A stretch of 64,000 nucleotides of DNA from Candidatus Poribacteria bacterium (GTDB lineage: Bacteria; Poribacteria; WGA-4E; PCPOR2b). Each line of letters begins with the position of its first letter. Positions within the stretch are counted from its first letter, which is position 1. The stretch covers positions 4,480,001-4,544,000 of the forward strand of contig OZ244042.1 in assembly GCA_965215015.1 (NCBI GenBank), read 5' to 3'. Below, in pieces: positions 38,477 to 48,761 of the stretch. The notes beneath the pieces are model-generated. The model ran no database searches and had not been told where the DNA came from. It saw only the letters and a program-made list of their open reading frames with translations. The translations under genes were made by a program, and so were the position numbers.

Positions 38477-41417
38477 CCTCACCTATCGCATCAGCCAAAA
38501 CTTCAATCAGATGCCTCGCCTCCTTACCCGTACCCTCCTTGACCTGCTCGCGGCAAGAGATTCCCGCCACAGCCACCTCAAAATCGCCATTCTTTTCATT
38601 GATTGCTTTGAACAGTTGACGGCTACCGACCTTCATTGATACATCGTAGTGTTCGGCTTCGTAACCGAATGAGCCCGCCATGCCGCAGCATCCAGAATCA
38701 ACGACATTGACGCTATACCCCGGCGGCAAACTCAGAACCTGCTCGGAAGGTTTTAGACCGACGATGGCTTTCTGATGGCAATGTCCATGCAACAGAATCT
38801 CTTTCTGTGTATCCCCAAACTCTAATTCCAATTTCCCCTTCTCGTAGAGAGAGAGCAGGAACTCCTCAAGCATAAATGTGTGCTGTGCCACGAGGTCTGT
38901 ATCCGCATCGGGGATAAGATCGACATAATCGTCGCGCAACGCCAAGAGACAGCTGGGCTCGCAGCCAACAATCGGGATACCTTTGGCGGCGTAAGGTAGA
39001 AGCCGTTCAACGTTATAACGCGCATTCTCAATTGCGCCCTCAAGCATACCCTTAGAGATCATTGGACGCCCACAACATCTCTTTTCTGGTAGAATCACCT
39101 CGAACCCTGCGGCTTCAAGTACGGTAACGGCAGCCTTTCCGATACTGGGATAGTTGTAATTCATGAAGGTGTCGTGAAAAAGAACAACCTGCTTCGCCGT
39201 CTCGTTCCCATGGTCGGCGTGGGAATCCTGATGTTTCTGAAACCACTTCTCGAACGTTTCGCGGACAAAGTTGGGCAGCGATCTTCGTCGATCTATTCCG
39301 GCGAACCTTTCCATCGCCCACTTAGATAGGCTATTATTCATGAACCAATTCGACATCGGCGCACACGCAGAGCCAATCTTGCTGAGTTCGGCGATATTGC
39401 CGAACAACCGATTCCGCAGCGGCAAACCGTGTTCTTTGTAGTAGTGAGCGAGGAATTCGTACTTTAATTTCGCCATATCCACGTTGGATGGGCACTCCGC
39501 TTTGCACGCTTTACACTCCAGACAGAGGTCTAACACTTCGTAGAGCCGTTTACCCTTGAAGTGATCATGCGGCAACGTTCCAGAGAGCACGTTTCTCAGT
39601 GCATTTGCGCGACCACGCGTTGAATGCTCCTCTTCCAGTGTTGCCATGTAGGACGGGCACATCGTGCCGGTCAGTTTCTTGCGGCACGCGCCGACGCCGT
39701 TGCACATCTCGATGGCACCGCCGAATCCCCCCTGACTGGAGAAGTCAAAATAGGTGTCAATCTTAATTGCGTTATATGTGGGTCCAAAGCGCAAATTTTC
39801 CGTCATCGGCGGCGGGTCAATAATCTTGCCGGGGTTCATGATGCCTGTTGGGTCAAACGCAGCTTTGACTTCGCGAAATGCCTGATAAATCTGTGGGCCG
39901 AACATACTCTCAATCCATTCACTTCGCACCAATCCGTCGCCATGCTCACCACTCATCGCGCCGCCGAGTTCCATCAGTAGATCTCGGACATGCCGCGCGA
40001 TGGAGTGCATTTTTTGGATATCCTCTTCCTTTTTGAGATTAATCACGGGGCGATTATGCAGTAATCCAACGCTGGCGTGCGCGTAATAGGAAGCCGTTGT
40101 GTCATGCTCCTCGACAATCTTCCCGAAGCGGCGGATATACTCCGGCAGATTTTCAATCGAAACGGCTGCGTCCTCCACAAACCCGACCGGTTTATAATCG
40201 CTTCGTGCGCCCATGAGCAAGCCCAATCCTGCTTTCCGCGTATCCCATACCCGTTCTTTTTCCTCTCCCGTCATGCAGCGCACAAAGGCGTAGCCGAGTC
40301 CAACGGATTTCATCTTTCGTTCAAGGGTGTCAAGTTGATCGAACAGTTCGTCCTCTGATTCACCGTAGAATTCGACTGCGAGAATCGCTCCCGGGCTCCC
40401 TTGGATAAAGGTGCTGATACGGGAAAACTCCAACGACTGTTTTGTCATATCAATGATGGTTCTGTCAATGAGTTCAACGGCGGTTGGGTTGCATTCGAGG
40501 ATTGGCTGCATCGCTTCCATCGACTCGATCAGTGTATGGAAGTGAATCACGTTGAGTGCAGTCATCTTGGGGGTTGGCACGAGGTTAATCTTTGCTTCGA
40601 CCGTTGTTGCCAGCGTTCCCTCTGATCCAACGACAATTTTCGCAAGGCTAAACGGATGGTCAGCGTCGCAGCCGTCTCTGCGGTACGGTGTCAAATCGCT
40701 TGATCCTGCGTTGGTGATGAACTCATCAAGGTTGTACCCGGCAACGCGACGTAGGACTCGCGGAAATCGTCTCCGAATTTCATCTTCATTTTCCGCGGCG
40801 ATTCGGCATACCTCCCGATAGATATGGCTTTCGCGGGAATCTCCCTGTTGTTTGGCGGCAAGTTCGTTGAGCGAGATAGGTTCAACAAAAATCGCTTCCC
40901 CGTTGGATAGCCGCAGGTCCAGGGACATAGTGTGGTCAACCGTTTTCCCGTAAATCAGGGAGTGGGCCCCCGCTGAATTGTTGCCGATTGTGCCCCCGAT
41001 ATTCGCCCGACTGCTTGTCGCTACGTCGGCAGAATACATCAGGTTATGCGGTTTCAGATAGTGGTTCAATTCGTCAATGACAACCCCCGGTTGCACCCGC
41101 GCCCAGTGCTCCTCGAGGTTGACTTCAATGATCTCGTTCATATACTTGGACATGTCAATGACAATTGCTTGCCCCACCGTTTGTCCCGCCAAACTGGTGC
41201 CGCCGCCGCGCGGCAAAATCGGCAGGTTACGGTCATAAGCGATCTGGATGGACCTAGTCACGTCCTCCTTGTGTCGTGGAATAACGACGCCGATAGGCTC
41301 CATCTGGTACAGACTCGCATCGGTACTATATAAGACTTTGGAATACGGATCGAAGCGCACCTCACCTTCAATCTCTTTTCTTAGTACCTGTTCCAGTTCA
41401 TTGTGGAAATTATTCAT
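38382..41417 (-). CDS. FAD-linked oxidase / Fe-S CCG-domain fusion (YdiJ/GlcD-GlpC-like hydroxyacid dehydrogenase)
   Basis: PRGGGTSLAGQ, GSEGTLA, SGEHGDG, CNGVGAC, CLECKAC, CCG motifs. Confidence 0.9.
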   Translation of the reverse strand: MNNFHNELEQVLRKEIEGEVRFDPYSKVLYSTDASLYQMEPIGVVIPRHKEDVTRSIQIAYDRNLPILPRGGGTSLAGQTVGQAIVIDMSKYMNEIIEVNLEEHWARVQPGVVIDELNHYLKPHNLMYSADVATSSRANIGGTIGNNSAGAHSLIYGKTVDHTMSLDLRLSNGEAIFVEPISLNELAAKQQGDSRESHIYREVCRIAAENEDEIRRRFPRVLRRVAGYNLDEFITNAGSSDLTPYRRDGCDADHPFSLAKIVVGSEGTLATTVEAKINLVPTPKMTALNVIHFHTLIESMEAMQPILECNPTAVELIDRTIIDMTKQSLEFSRISTFIQGSPGAILAVEFYGESEDELFDQLDTLERKMKSVGLGYAFVRCMTGEEKERVWDTRKAGLGLLMGARSDYKPVGFVEDAAVSIENLPEYIRRFGKIVEEHDTTASYYAHASVGLLHNRPVINLKKEEDIQKMHSIARHVRDLLMELGGAMSGEHGDGLVRSEWIESMFGPQIYQAFREVKAAFDPTGIMNPGKIIDPPPMTENLRFGPTYNAIKIDTYFDFSSQGGFGGAIEMCNGVGACRKKLTGTMCPSYMATLEEEHSTRGRANALRNVLSGTLPHDHFKGKRLYEVLDLCLECKACKAECPSNVDMAKLKYEFLAHYYKEHGLPLRNRLFGNIAELSKIGSACAPMSNWFMNNSLSKWAMERFAGIDRRRSLPNFVRETFEKWFQKHQDSHADHGNETAKQVVLFHDTFMNYNYPSIGKAAVTVLEAAGFEVILPEKRCCGRPMISKGMLEGAIENARYNVERLLPYAAKGIPIVGCEPSCLLALRDDYVDLIPDADTDLVAQHTFMLEEFLLSLYEKGKLELEFGDTQKEILLHGHCHQKAIVGLKPSEQVLSLPPGYSVNVVDSGCCGMAGSFGYEAEHYDVSMKVGSRQLFKAINEKNGDFEVAVAGISCREQVKEGTGKEARHLIEVLADAIGEATPPNPPASKGERRLPPLAPRKQEGKKVKHP

Positions 41418-41659
41418 ATCTGTTGGGACTCACTTTCTATTAGAACACTATGTTGTCGAATCACTGGATTAACCTGACATCGTAACACAGTTAAGATGAA
41501 AAGTCTATCAAAATTTGTTGCATACGCTGTTCATCCGTTTCATAAGGGAAAATTACTATGACTTGAGCTGAATTTGTCTATCTTCTACTTTCAAGTTTTA
41601 ATCGTTAACCGGAGCATTTAGGCAAGCAGGGATCGATTATAATTCTCCTAATTCTCGTA

Positions 41660-41688
41660 TTGACACAATTCTAGCCGCGTGCTAATAT
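41660..41688 (+). promoter_or_regulatory. Putative sigma70 promoter for the histidine kinase
   Basis: TTGACA-17nt-TAATAT. Confidence 0.5.
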
Positions 41689-41793
41689 CTTTGGATTGAT
41701 GCGGTTAATCTGCTGAAGCCAATGATATCCACAGACCAAAATACCCAATACCATAGCGCGTCGGAGCTGCTCAATTTTGGTAAAAAGGTTAGC

Positions 41794-43626
41794 ATGAACA
41801 TCCATACCAAATTAATATTGAATTCCATGGGGATTGTGCTGGTTATTTTGCTAGCGATGTATGGCTATTTCGATTACTCGCTGAAGCAGAACTTGAGTGA
41901 GCGAATCACGGACGAGTTGACGGTGCAGGCAAATCTGACGCGAGAATTTCTGCTGGAGACGCTCCCTAACACACTCAGTTACGAAGTCGTAGACAGCGTT
42001 GTAGACCGCCTCGGGACTGATAGCAATGTCCGTCTCACGTTTATTGGATGCGATGGGATTGTATGGGGAGATACGAAGCGTGATGGACGGCATCTGCGGG
42101 ATATGGATAATCACCGAAATCGACCAGAAGTACAAGAGGCTTTGGCAGGCAGAATTGGTACTATTGACCGATATAGCAATACTGTGATGACCACGCTGCG
42201 CTACCTTGCCTTGCCGGTGGTTCGGGAGGGGAAGATGATAGGTATCTGTCGGGTTGCGTTGCCTATGATGGAAATTGATTCAGCCATCGGTCAACTCAGA
42301 TGGCTTTTATTACTGGCAATCAGTGCGGGGCTCGTTTTTGCTATATTGTTCAGTATCATTACCACCAACGTTACCACAAAACCGATTCGGGACTTGACCC
42401 AAGCCACAAAATCGCTTGCGGGCGGGGAGTTAACCTCACGGGTCTCCGTTGCCGCATCGGGTGAGCTTGGAGAATTATCCAACCATTTCAATCAGATGGC
42501 AAATCAGATTGAAACGCAAATCTATGAGATTTCGCGGGAGCGCAATCTAAGAGATAGCATCCTATCAAAGATGGTCGAGGGGGTGCTCCTGGTTGATGAA
42601 CAGTTTGCTATCACTTATGCAAATTCGGCAGCAATCACCATGCTAGACTTTCCCGCCCATTATCAGGCACTCTCCTTAGTTGAAAGCATCCGTGACCCAG
42701 CGTTAAAACGTCTCTTAGAGCAGGTTACAGAGACAGGGAAAGCAGGATTTGCAGAAATCAAGCGGATCGGACCCACCGAGCGTGAAACAGAAATTATTGT
42801 TGTACCCGTCGAGGGTGAGTATCTGGTAAGTCTCCACGATGTGAGCCAATTGAGGAAATTGGAGCAGATTCGATCCGATTTCGTCGCCAATGTTGCTCAC
42901 GAAATGCGGGTCCCATTGACTTCGATTCACGGGTATGCAGAAACACTTCTCAATGGTGCTTTAGACGACACCGACGCAAACGAGCGTTTTGTAGAAAAGA
43001 TTTTACAGCAATCAGCACGACTTTCGCAGTTGGTCTCAGATTTGCTTGATTTATCGCACCTTGAATCCGGGGAAGTAAAGCTTGAATTAGCAGCTTGTGA
43101 GATCAAGGCATTTCAAGATACCCTCTTGGCTCTCTTTGAACCTGTATTTGAGGAGGCAAATCTGACATTTGAATGGAGGGTGCCTAATCATCTGCCCGTT
43201 GTGTTTGCGGACAAACGACTGATCGGACAGGTACTGGCAAACTTAATTGAGAACGCGATTAAGTATACACCGGCGGAGGGATGTATTACAATTTCCGCTG
43301 AAGCCAGCGAATCGGAGGTCATCGTTCATGTGAAAGATACCGGGATCGGTATTCCTGCTGAGTCGCTTCCCCGAATTTTCGAGCGGTTCTACCGTGTGGA
43401 TAAAGGACGTTCACGTGAGATGGGAGGTACAGGGTTGGGACTTGCGATTGCCAAGCACATTTTGCTGCAACATGGCGGCAGGATATGGGTTGATAGCACC
43501 CCTGGGACAGGTTCAGTGTTTCACTTTGCTTTGCCGTTGCAAAGAAGATTCTCGGCAACGGAACAGATAGTGCAAAATTCTCACATTGACGCGGAGCGGC
43601 CCTTTGAATCCTTTAACAATTTATGA
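41794..43626 (+). CDS. PhoR-like sensor histidine kinase (HAMP-PAS-HisKA-HATPase)
   Basis: NHRNRPEV, HAMP, DFVANVAHEMRVPLTSI, NAIKY, RFYRVDKGRSREMGGTGLGL; start could be 41722. Confidence 0.88.
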   Translation: MNIHTKLILNSMGIVLVILLAMYGYFDYSLKQNLSERITDELTVQANLTREFLLETLPNTLSYEVVDSVVDRLGTDSNVRLTFIGCDGIVWGDTKRDGRHLRDMDNHRNRPEVQEALAGRIGTIDRYSNTVMTTLRYLALPVVREGKMIGICRVALPMMEIDSAIGQLRWLLLLAISAGLVFAILFSIITTNVTTKPIRDLTQATKSLAGGELTSRVSVAASGELGELSNHFNQMANQIETQIYEISRERNLRDSILSKMVEGVLLVDEQFAITYANSAAITMLDFPAHYQALSLVESIRDPALKRLLEQVTETGKAGFAEIKRIGPTERETEIIVVPVEGEYLVSLHDVSQLRKLEQIRSDFVANVAHEMRVPLTSIHGYAETLLNGALDDTDANERFVEKILQQSARLSQLVSDLLDLSHLESGEVKLELAACEIKAFQDTLLALFEPVFEEANLTFEWRVPNHLPVVFADKRLIGQVLANLIENAIKYTPAEGCITISAEASESEVIVHVKDTGIGIPAESLPRIFERFYRVDKGRSREMGGTGLGLAIAKHILLQHGGRIWVDSTPGTGSVFHFALPLQRRFSATEQIVQNSHIDAERPFESFNNL

Positions 43627-43640
43627 GGGGGCGAAATAAA

Positions 43641-43673
43641 AAGCCCTGTTCGACAAAACACCGAACAGGGCTT
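43641..43673 (-). terminator. Intrinsic terminator hairpin between the kinase and tRNA-Asn
   Basis: 12-bp stem aagccctgttcg / cgaacagggctt followed by a T-run on the minus strand. Confidence 0.7.
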
Positions 43674-43680
43674 AGGATAA

Positions 43681-43754
43681 CTCTCCCGGACGGATTCGAA
43701 CCGCCGACAAAGTGGTTAACAGCCACCTGCTCTACCAAGCTGAGCTACGGGAGA
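43681..43754 (-). tRNA. tRNA-Asn(GTT), CCA not encoded
   Basis: Cloverleaf: TCTCCCG/CGGGAGA acceptor, GCTC/GAGC D-arm, GGTGG-CTGTTAA-CCACT anticodon arm, GGCGG-TTCGAAT-CCGTC T-arm. Confidence 0.95.
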
Positions 43755-43930
43755 TCGCTGCACAGAAAATCGCTGACAACGCGTTGCAGCGCAACGAGAG
43801 TTAATTATACACGATCGTTTACGGAATTGCAAGGGAAATTGGATCGAGGGGAGAGAGGATACGGTCAATATTGAAAAGAATGTGGTTTCGTTATGAAGAT
43901 TTCCCTTTTTCCAAAGTGCTAGGTATAATC

Positions 43931-43959
43931 TTGACACCGCTCTCTGCGTCTGATATAAT
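43931..43959 (+). promoter_or_regulatory. Consensus sigma70 promoter upstream of mqnD
   Basis: TTGACA-17nt-TATAAT with TGn extension. Confidence 0.7.
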
Positions 43960-44033
43960 CGACGCAAAATCCGTTTGAGGAGAGCCTATGTCAAGCTCCA
44001 CGACCTAGGCACCGCCAGTTGTAAGAGGAGAAA

Positions 44034-44879
44034 TTGATGTCACAATCGGAACAGATTCGTATCGGTCATAGCCCTGATTCTGATGATGCTTTTATGTTCT
44101 ATGCCCTCGCTAATGGACTGATTCCAACCGACGGTTTTGAGATTGTCCAAGTTGCTGAAGACATTGAGAGCCTAAACCGACGGGCGGTCAACGGGGAGTT
44201 GGAGGTGACGGCTATATCAGTTCACGCCTACGCCTACGTTGCTAATCACTATGCGCTGATGCCGTGTGGCGCAAGCATCGGCGATCGGTACGGTCCACTC
44301 GTCGTATCCAAAGAACCGATGCAGCGGGAAGCCCTTGCAGGTAAAAAAATCGCAATCCCCGGGAAGATGACGACCGCTTACCTGACGTTGCGTCTTTTTC
44401 AGCCCGACTTTGACCCTGAAGTTGTTCAGTTTGATCAGATTTTGCCGTATGTTCAGGAGGGCAATGCGGACGCGGGATTAATTATCCACGAAGGACAGCT
44501 AACCTACCGTCGTGCAGGGCTGCATAAAGTGGTAGATCTGGGGGAATGGTGGCATGAGGAAACCGGGTTGCCGCTGCCGCTTGGGGCGAATGCCATCCGT
44601 CGAGATCTCGGTGCGGAAAAAATCCGACGTATCACCGCACTCATCAAACAGAGCATTCAGTATTCACTTGGGCATAGAGAGAAGGGGTTGGCTTACGCGA
44701 TGAACTATGCGCGTGATATGGAGACGGAACTGGCTGACCGATTCGTTGGTATGTATGTGAACGACTACACCCTCGACTATGGTGAAAAAGGCAGGGCAGG
44801 AGTCAGAGAGTTGATGGAGCGTGGCTATCGGTCTGGCGTTATTCCACATCACGTTGATGTGGAATTTGCAGCGGGATAG
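44034..44879 (+). CDS. mqnD: 1,4-dihydroxy-6-naphthoate synthase (futalosine menaquinone pathway)
   Basis: GHSPDSDDAFMF, YGPLVV, IAIPGKMTTA, IIHEGQLTY, DLGEWW, LPLPLG, YVNDY. Confidence 0.85.
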   Translation: MMSQSEQIRIGHSPDSDDAFMFYALANGLIPTDGFEIVQVAEDIESLNRRAVNGELEVTAISVHAYAYVANHYALMPCGASIGDRYGPLVVSKEPMQREALAGKKIAIPGKMTTAYLTLRLFQPDFDPEVVQFDQILPYVQEGNADAGLIIHEGQLTYRRAGLHKVVDLGEWWHEETGLPLPLGANAIRRDLGAEKIRRITALIKQSIQYSLGHREKGLAYAMNYARDMETELADRFVGMYVNDYTLDYGEKGRAGVRELMERGYRSGVIPHHVDVEFAAG

Positions 44880-44917
44880 TTACTCGCAGGTAGGTTGGAC
44901 GTTATAACGCAAGTTGC

Positions 44918-45053
44918 TAGCAGTAGGCATACGCCGTATGCTGTCCCCCTCTTCCCCCCGGACCCCCCTTAGTCCCCCCGCAAGCAGGGGGAAAAGAACC
45001 GTGTGGATATTCAGGATTAGAGGGTGAACGGCACGACGGAGTGTGCCTACTAC
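44918..45053. repeat. GTAG-type REP pair (gtaggca...tgcctac) with a nested C/G-rich palindrome
   Basis: agtaggcatacgccgtatgc and gcacgacggagtgtgcctactac; inner ccccccgcaagcaggggg; a half copy near 23778. Confidence 0.6.
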
Positions 45054-45185
45054 TGTCAGAATTTCGATTGGACGGTCGGTTGATATGAAAAATCCAACAT
45101 TAGATATACCCGCTCACTTCAAAGTTAATTCCTTTTTCGATGAAATGGGGGTCTATATTATCAATAGAGATGCTAATAATAAGTC

Positions 45186-46499
45186 ATGAGAACAGAACAA
45201 ATTTTTCAGCGATTTAATGAAAAACAGATTGATTCAGAATGGGCTTTTAGGGAGTACAAGCCATCGGAAACGAGTAAATGGACGCATGATTACCATCGCT
45301 ACCCCGCTAAGTTTATCCCACAATTGGTCGAAAAATTGATTCATGAATATATAACTGATACTCATGTCCATATCAATGATCCATTTATGGGCAGTGGTAC
45401 GACTATTGTTACTGCTATATCAAAAGGCTTTAAGGCGAGTGGAACTGATATTAATGAAATCTCCTATCTGGTAACGAAGGTAAAATCCAAGCCGATTGAA
45501 CCAAATTATCTCGAAAAAAAGATAAAACAATTGCTATCAAAACTGAGCTGTTTAGACCACCCCCCAGGGCTCCTATTCGATGATTGGACTGAGATTGAAC
45601 CCACAATTCCTGAAAAACACGTTGAGAAGATTGACTATTGGTTTCCAACGAGGCATAAGTATGAGCTTGGTGTAATCTTAACTGTAATCTCTGATGAAGA
45701 AGATGAAACGATTAGGGATTTTTTTCTCGTGGCTTTCAGTAACATTCTCAAAAATTGTTCGATATGGAGCAAAAGTAGTACAAAACCAACAAGGGATTTG
45801 AAAAAGAAGCCCACAGCTCCGTACTCTGCAATTAGGAGACATCTAATGAAAATGCGGAGAGGAAATGAGCAATTTTATCATGCTATCCCCTTCCGCAACA
45901 GTTGTGATGAATACTTAAATATTCGGGCTGGTAATGCAAAAGAACAACCTGTTGCTGATGACTCCGTTGATTTAGTTGTCAGTTCAAGCCCGTATGTAAC
46001 TAGTTATGAATATGCAGACCTACATCAACTGTCAACAATTTGGCTCGATTTAGCAGATGATTTAAATAAATATAAAAAAGAGTTCATCGGAACATCACAT
46101 AAACAGTATGAGAATAAGACATTAAAAAGTCAAATCGCCGCGGATATCGTTTATGAAATGTCCCGTAAAAACCCGAAAAAGGCGAAAGAGATCTCAGCCT
46201 TTTTCATTGATATGGAGGAGGTCTTTAATGAGAGTTTCAGAATTTTAAAGCATGGCGGTCGATGCTGTTATGTGATTGGCAATACACGGTTGAAGGGCGT
46301 GGACATTCTCAATGCCGAAGTTTTCGCTGAGAGTTTGCAATATGCAGGTTTCAACCTCGATCAAATCATTAAAAGGGAAATCCCCTTAAAAATACTTCCC
46401 CAAAAACGAGATGAAAAAACGGGGCGATTTGCTAGTAACGATAAGGCAGATTCTGAGGCGTATCCGACAGAATATATCGTAATTGGCTTAAAGGAGTGA
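45186..46499 (+). CDS. DNA amino-methyltransferase (probably N4-cytosine) of a type II RM system
   Basis: HRYPAKFIPQL, DPFMGSGTT (motif I), SSSPY (motif IV variant), YVIGN. Confidence 0.88.
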   Translation: MRTEQIFQRFNEKQIDSEWAFREYKPSETSKWTHDYHRYPAKFIPQLVEKLIHEYITDTHVHINDPFMGSGTTIVTAISKGFKASGTDINEISYLVTKVKSKPIEPNYLEKKIKQLLSKLSCLDHPPGLLFDDWTEIEPTIPEKHVEKIDYWFPTRHKYELGVILTVISDEEDETIRDFFLVAFSNILKNCSIWSKSSTKPTRDLKKKPTAPYSAIRRHLMKMRRGNEQFYHAIPFRNSCDEYLNIRAGNAKEQPVADDSVDLVVSSSPYVTSYEYADLHQLSTIWLDLADDLNKYKKEFIGTSHKQYENKTLKSQIAADIVYEMSRKNPKKAKEISAFFIDMEEVFNESFRILKHGGRCCYVIGNTRLKGVDILNAEVFAESLQYAGFNLDQIIKREIPLKILPQKRDEKTGRFASNDKADSEAYPTEYIVIGLKE

Positions 46500-47194
46500 T
46501 TACTATGCACTTTGAAGATTTGAAGGGCTTATACCTTGAAAAGAAGAACCTATTTGGTACAGATGCCAACACGCAGATCTCACAGTTGTTGGAAGAAGCG
46601 AAAGATTATCATAAACGAGATTGGGAGGAAAATCCGACTCAAGGCGGCGACCATGAGCAAAGTTGGCGTGCTTTTAAGGGAAAAAATTTAGAAAAGTTAA
46701 TTCAATATATCATTACCGATAAGATCGAAGCACTTGGGTTGGAGGTTATCAACGGGAATACCCTTGAAAGAACTAAAAACTTATCTATGCAGCTCAGCCG
46801 AGTCAAGCGAAATGTGTTAGTGGACTATGGTGAATTTGGTTGTCATCTGCCCGATGTTGATATTATTATCTATTATCCTGATACATGCAAGGTTCTAGCA
46901 GTCATCTCAAGCAAAGTGACTTTAAGAGAGCGTATAGCCCAAACAGGCTACTGGAAACTTAAACTTTTGGCTGATGAAGCAACAAAGCACATCAAGGTTT
47001 ATTTGATTAGCCCCGACGAAGATGGTACGTTGACGCAGGATGATAATCCCCCTAAAAAGGCCAAAGCAATCATAGAAACCGAATTAGATGGGAGCTACAT
47101 TTTAACAGACGCAGATCTTGATGAGAGTGAAAAAGTCAAACCATTTGAACATTTTATCGACGATCTAAAGAGGATACTTGACAATTGTGAGTAA
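46496..47194 (+). CDS. Type II restriction endonuclease, BsaWI-family-like
   Basis: Overlaps the MTase stop (GTGA); QSWRAFKG, PDVD, SSKVTLRERIAQ PD-x-K-R-ER pattern of CCGG-family enzymes. Confidence 0.7.
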   Translation: MITMHFEDLKGLYLEKKNLFGTDANTQISQLLEEAKDYHKRDWEENPTQGGDHEQSWRAFKGKNLEKLIQYIITDKIEALGLEVINGNTLERTKNLSMQLSRVKRNVLVDYGEFGCHLPDVDIIIYYPDTCKVLAVISSKVTLRERIAQTGYWKLKLLADEATKHIKVYLISPDEDGTLTQDDNPPKKAKAIIETELDGSYILTDADLDESEKVKPFEHFIDDLKRILDNCE

Positions 47195-47369
47195 AGGTTA
47201 GGACAATTACATTTGTTTATTTAGAAGAGGGGAACGACCTTAGTAGAGCCCCCAATAACGGGTGATTTGGCGTTGGTATTGAATCAGAATGAGGTAAATC
47301 CCCCCTCCTGAAAATCCCCAAATCCTGTAAATCAAGATTCAGACAACAATTCATCCTGAAAATCCTGAT

Positions 47370-47752
47370 TCAGACACTCTCAAAAACCACCTTCAAACTC
47401 TTCCCCTGCGACCAATCCGTTTTGACCGTATCCTGCCAATCAAACCCCGACACCCACTGCACCACATACACCTCCTCCGGTGCGTCGATGGAGTCAGGGA
47501 TGCAGAGCAACGGTTCACGCCGTCGATAAATCCTTTCGAGCGCGTCCAAGTCAGATTGCGTGAGCCGCTGGAACTCAAACGTCAATTCCACCTTATAGCC
47601 GCTACCATCATTGACCACCAGAGCCGCCGATCCTGCCGGCGATAGCTCCCGCTCCCGACATCAATGAATCGTCGACTGAAGCGCAATAGCTTCGGCGAAT
47701 CCCTAAAATCTAAAAGTACCACGTTCAAGCCTATCTCCAATAACTGCATCAT
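47370..47752 (-). pseudogene. Frameshifted ~127-aa orphan gene, possibly phage tail-like
   Basis: GAGGT RBS before ATG 47752; 383 nt to stop, one base short of a multiple of 3; two overlapping ORFs join near 47625. Confidence 0.4.
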
Positions 47753-47790
47753 AAACCTCACTAACGCCGCCTGCTCCCGAAAATCCCCAA

Positions 47791-47971
47791 TTGTCTGAAT
47801 CAGGATTCTCAAGATTCAAGAATTGACAGGATTTATCCCTAACAATCCCTTGGAGGCTGCCTGTTAGTGCTAACAGACGGTTTACAACCAGAGGGTTATA
47901 AATCCTTAACCCAATCCCGAAAATCCTCTATCCTGAAAATCCTTAAATCCTGAAAATCAAGATTCAGACAA
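47791..47971. repeat. MITE-like palindromic element with TTGTCTGAATC / GATTCAGACAA termini
   Basis: Perfect 11-bp terminal inverted repeat; related ends at 47320-47376, 48762 and in the 54004-54618 array. Confidence 0.75.
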
Positions 47972-48190
47972 ATGCTCACACCTCATGTGATAGATCCTTC
48001 GGGCGGCAAGAGGTTCATTAGAACCTCCTGTCTGCCGCCACGGAGCCTGTTAGCGCATCTGTTTTACTTGCACTTTACTTGCAAAAACGGATATAATAGA
48101 GTTGTGTGCAAACTTTTCCCAATTGACACACGAACGATTTACCACCTTCAGGTATAAATCTTGGAGGTTATAAATCTTGGAGGTCTTCAA

Positions 48191-48535
48191 ATGAACTACC
48201 AGCTCACCGTGATTTTAACACCACAACCCGAAGGCGGTTACACCGTAACATGCGACGAATTACCCGAACTCCTCACCGAAGGCGATTCGGTAGACGAGGC
48301 ATTAGAAAATGTCAAAGATGCCCTCGCCGCGACACTTGAGCTATATGCGGATTTAGAGCGTTCATTGCCGCAATCTATCCGGGCACCCGATGAACAAATA
48401 CCAGCTATAACCCGCCCGTTCCGGTTCCAAACGATGACCCCCAAGTCAAAATCAAAAGCCCTTTCCAATGAAGATATGCCCGTTGAGAACCATTCCTTCT
48501 GGTTTCAAGCGATAGCCTCCCCGGACCCCCAATGA
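48191..48535 (+). CDS. hicB: HicB family antitoxin
   Basis: EGGYTVTCDELPELLTEGDSVDEALENVKDA; GGAGGT RBS. Confidence 0.88.
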   Translation: MNYQLTVILTPQPEGGYTVTCDELPELLTEGDSVDEALENVKDALAATLELYADLERSLPQSIRAPDEQIPAITRPFRFQTMTPKSKSKALSNEDMPVENHSFWFQAIASPDPQ

Positions 48536-48544
48536 ACAAACTCC

Positions 48545-48757
48545 ATGAGATACCGAGAAGTCGAGAAAAAGTTAAAAAAGCTCGGTTGTTATGAACTTAA
48601 AAGAAGAGGCAGTGGTAGCCACCGAAAATGGTATAACCCATTGACGGAGCAGGCCAATATCATACCCAATTATGGCACCCGCGACTTGAAAATCGGAACC
48701 CTCCGCGCGGCAATCCGACAGTTAGGAATTGATTGGCAAGACTTCAACAACGCCTAA
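48545..48757 (+). CDS. hicA: HicA family mRNA interferase toxin
   Basis: KLKKLG, GSGSHRKW, DLKIGTLRAAIRQLGI. Confidence 0.9.
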   Translation: MRYREVEKKLKKLGCYELKRRGSGSHRKWYNPLTEQANIIPNYGTRDLKIGTLRAAIRQLGIDWQDFNNA

Positions 48758-48761
48758 CACA

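Noticed and set aside
41794-43626. Orphan PhoR-like kinase as a novelty
   Set aside because: Unlinked response regulators are common; nothing unusual in the sequence.
48153-48184. 16-bp tandem repeat before hicB (also 62046-62077)
   Set aside because: Most simply slippage duplications; no evidence for operator function.
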